From NCBI GenBank assembly GCA_040755915.1, contig JBFLWM010000035.1, positions 6,362-70,361 of the forward strand: a stretch of DNA of 64,000 nucleotides, given 5' to 3'. Position numbers and translations under genes: made by a program. How positions within the stretch are numbered: position 1 is the first letter of the stretch; each line of letters starts with the position of its first letter. Positions 63,658 to 64,000 of the stretch are shown here, one piece after another. The notes below the pieces were generated by a model. The model saw nothing but the letters and a program-made list of their open reading frames with translations, did not search any database and was not told the origin of the DNA. The DNA comes from Pseudomonadota bacterium. GTDB taxonomy: Bacteria > Pseudomonadota > Gammaproteobacteria > Thiohalomonadales > Thiohalomonadaceae.

Positions 63658-64000
63658 ATGAACGCAGGAACCCTGTACGTGGTGGCCACCCCCATCGGCA
63701 ACCTGGGCGACATGACGCCGCGGGCGGTGGAGGTCTTGCAACGCGTCGTGCGCATTGCCGCCGAAGATACCCGCCACAGCGCCGGTCTGATGCGTCACTT
63801 CGGCATCCACACCCCGCTGTTTGCCCTGCATGAACACAACGAACGCGAGGCCAGTGCGGAGGTGGTGCGCCGCCTGCTGGCGGGGGAGGACATCGCCCTC
63901 ATTTCCGATGCCGGCACGCCCCTGATCAGCGACCCCGGCTTTCCGCTCACCCGCCTGGCCCACGAGGCCGGCATTCGTGTCGTGCCGGTGCCCGGGGCCA
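63658..64000 (+). CDS. rsmI: 16S rRNA (cytidine1402-2'-O)-methyltransferase RsmI, N-terminal fragment; the 3' end lies outside the window
   Basis: The frame is open from ATG 63658 to the window edge. It translates to MNAGTLYVVATPIGNLGDMTPRAVEVLQ...AEDTRHS...ISDAGTPLISDPG, typical of RsmI. Confidence 0.93.
   Translation, partial: MNAGTLYVVATPIGNLGDMTPRAVEVLQRVVRIAAEDTRHSAGLMRHFGIHTPLFALHEHNEREASAEVVRRLLAGEDIALISDAGTPLISDPGFPLTRLAHEAGIRVVPVPGA

Overview
High-GC (roughly two-thirds G+C by eye) gammaproteobacterial core-chromosome segment, densely coding, with about 70 CDS. I found no rRNA, tRNA, CRISPR array, IS element or prophage gene. Gene order joins several classical conserved neighbourhoods, listed here in window order. 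(1) amt fragment. (2) A divergent Mla/MCE-like 4-gene operon. (3) miaB-phoH(ybeZ)-ybeY-corC-lnt. (4) ybeL / leuS-lptE-holA. (5) proA, a short fimV-like gene, nadD-rsfS-rlmH. (6) maf-rng-yhdP. (7) A small accessory patch: secreted hypothetical, C-N hydrolase, tandem-TusA protein, DAGK-like::DUF389 fusion. (8) On the minus strand, yrbG-HMA-kdsD-kdsC-lptCAB-rpoN-hpf-ptsN-hprK-rapZ-EIIA(Man)-HPr-EI-mgtE-yjgA. (9) mlaA, then mlaFEDB-ibaG-murA-hisGDC. (10) A terC-family gene plus a decapeptide-repeat protein. (11) A degS/algW-like protease, ybgI, petABC-sspAB. (12) On the minus strand, glcD-like-dolP-diaA-yraN-lpoA, divergent from rsmI. Most of the window is ordinary housekeeping DNA. The points worth a second look are these. 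(a) The second Mla/MCE-type operon (496-4004), whose ATPase subunit has lost every canonical ABC catalytic motif and whose fourth gene is a TPR-like lipoprotein. (b) A degenerate diacylglycerol-kinase-like domain fused to a DUF389 membrane domain (26896-28833), next to a tandem-TusA protein. (c) A roughly 200-bp low-GC, in-frame patch inside leuS. (d) At least four families of short palindromic or heptamer intergenic repeats; one of them encodes the LptE signal peptide and another overlaps the hisG stop codon. (e) Several smaller oddities in operon architecture: no mlaC, a probable CTG start for lnt, and a terminator directly upstream of sspA. Start codons were chosen by homology-style reasoning and SD spacing, so several are uncertain by a few codons.
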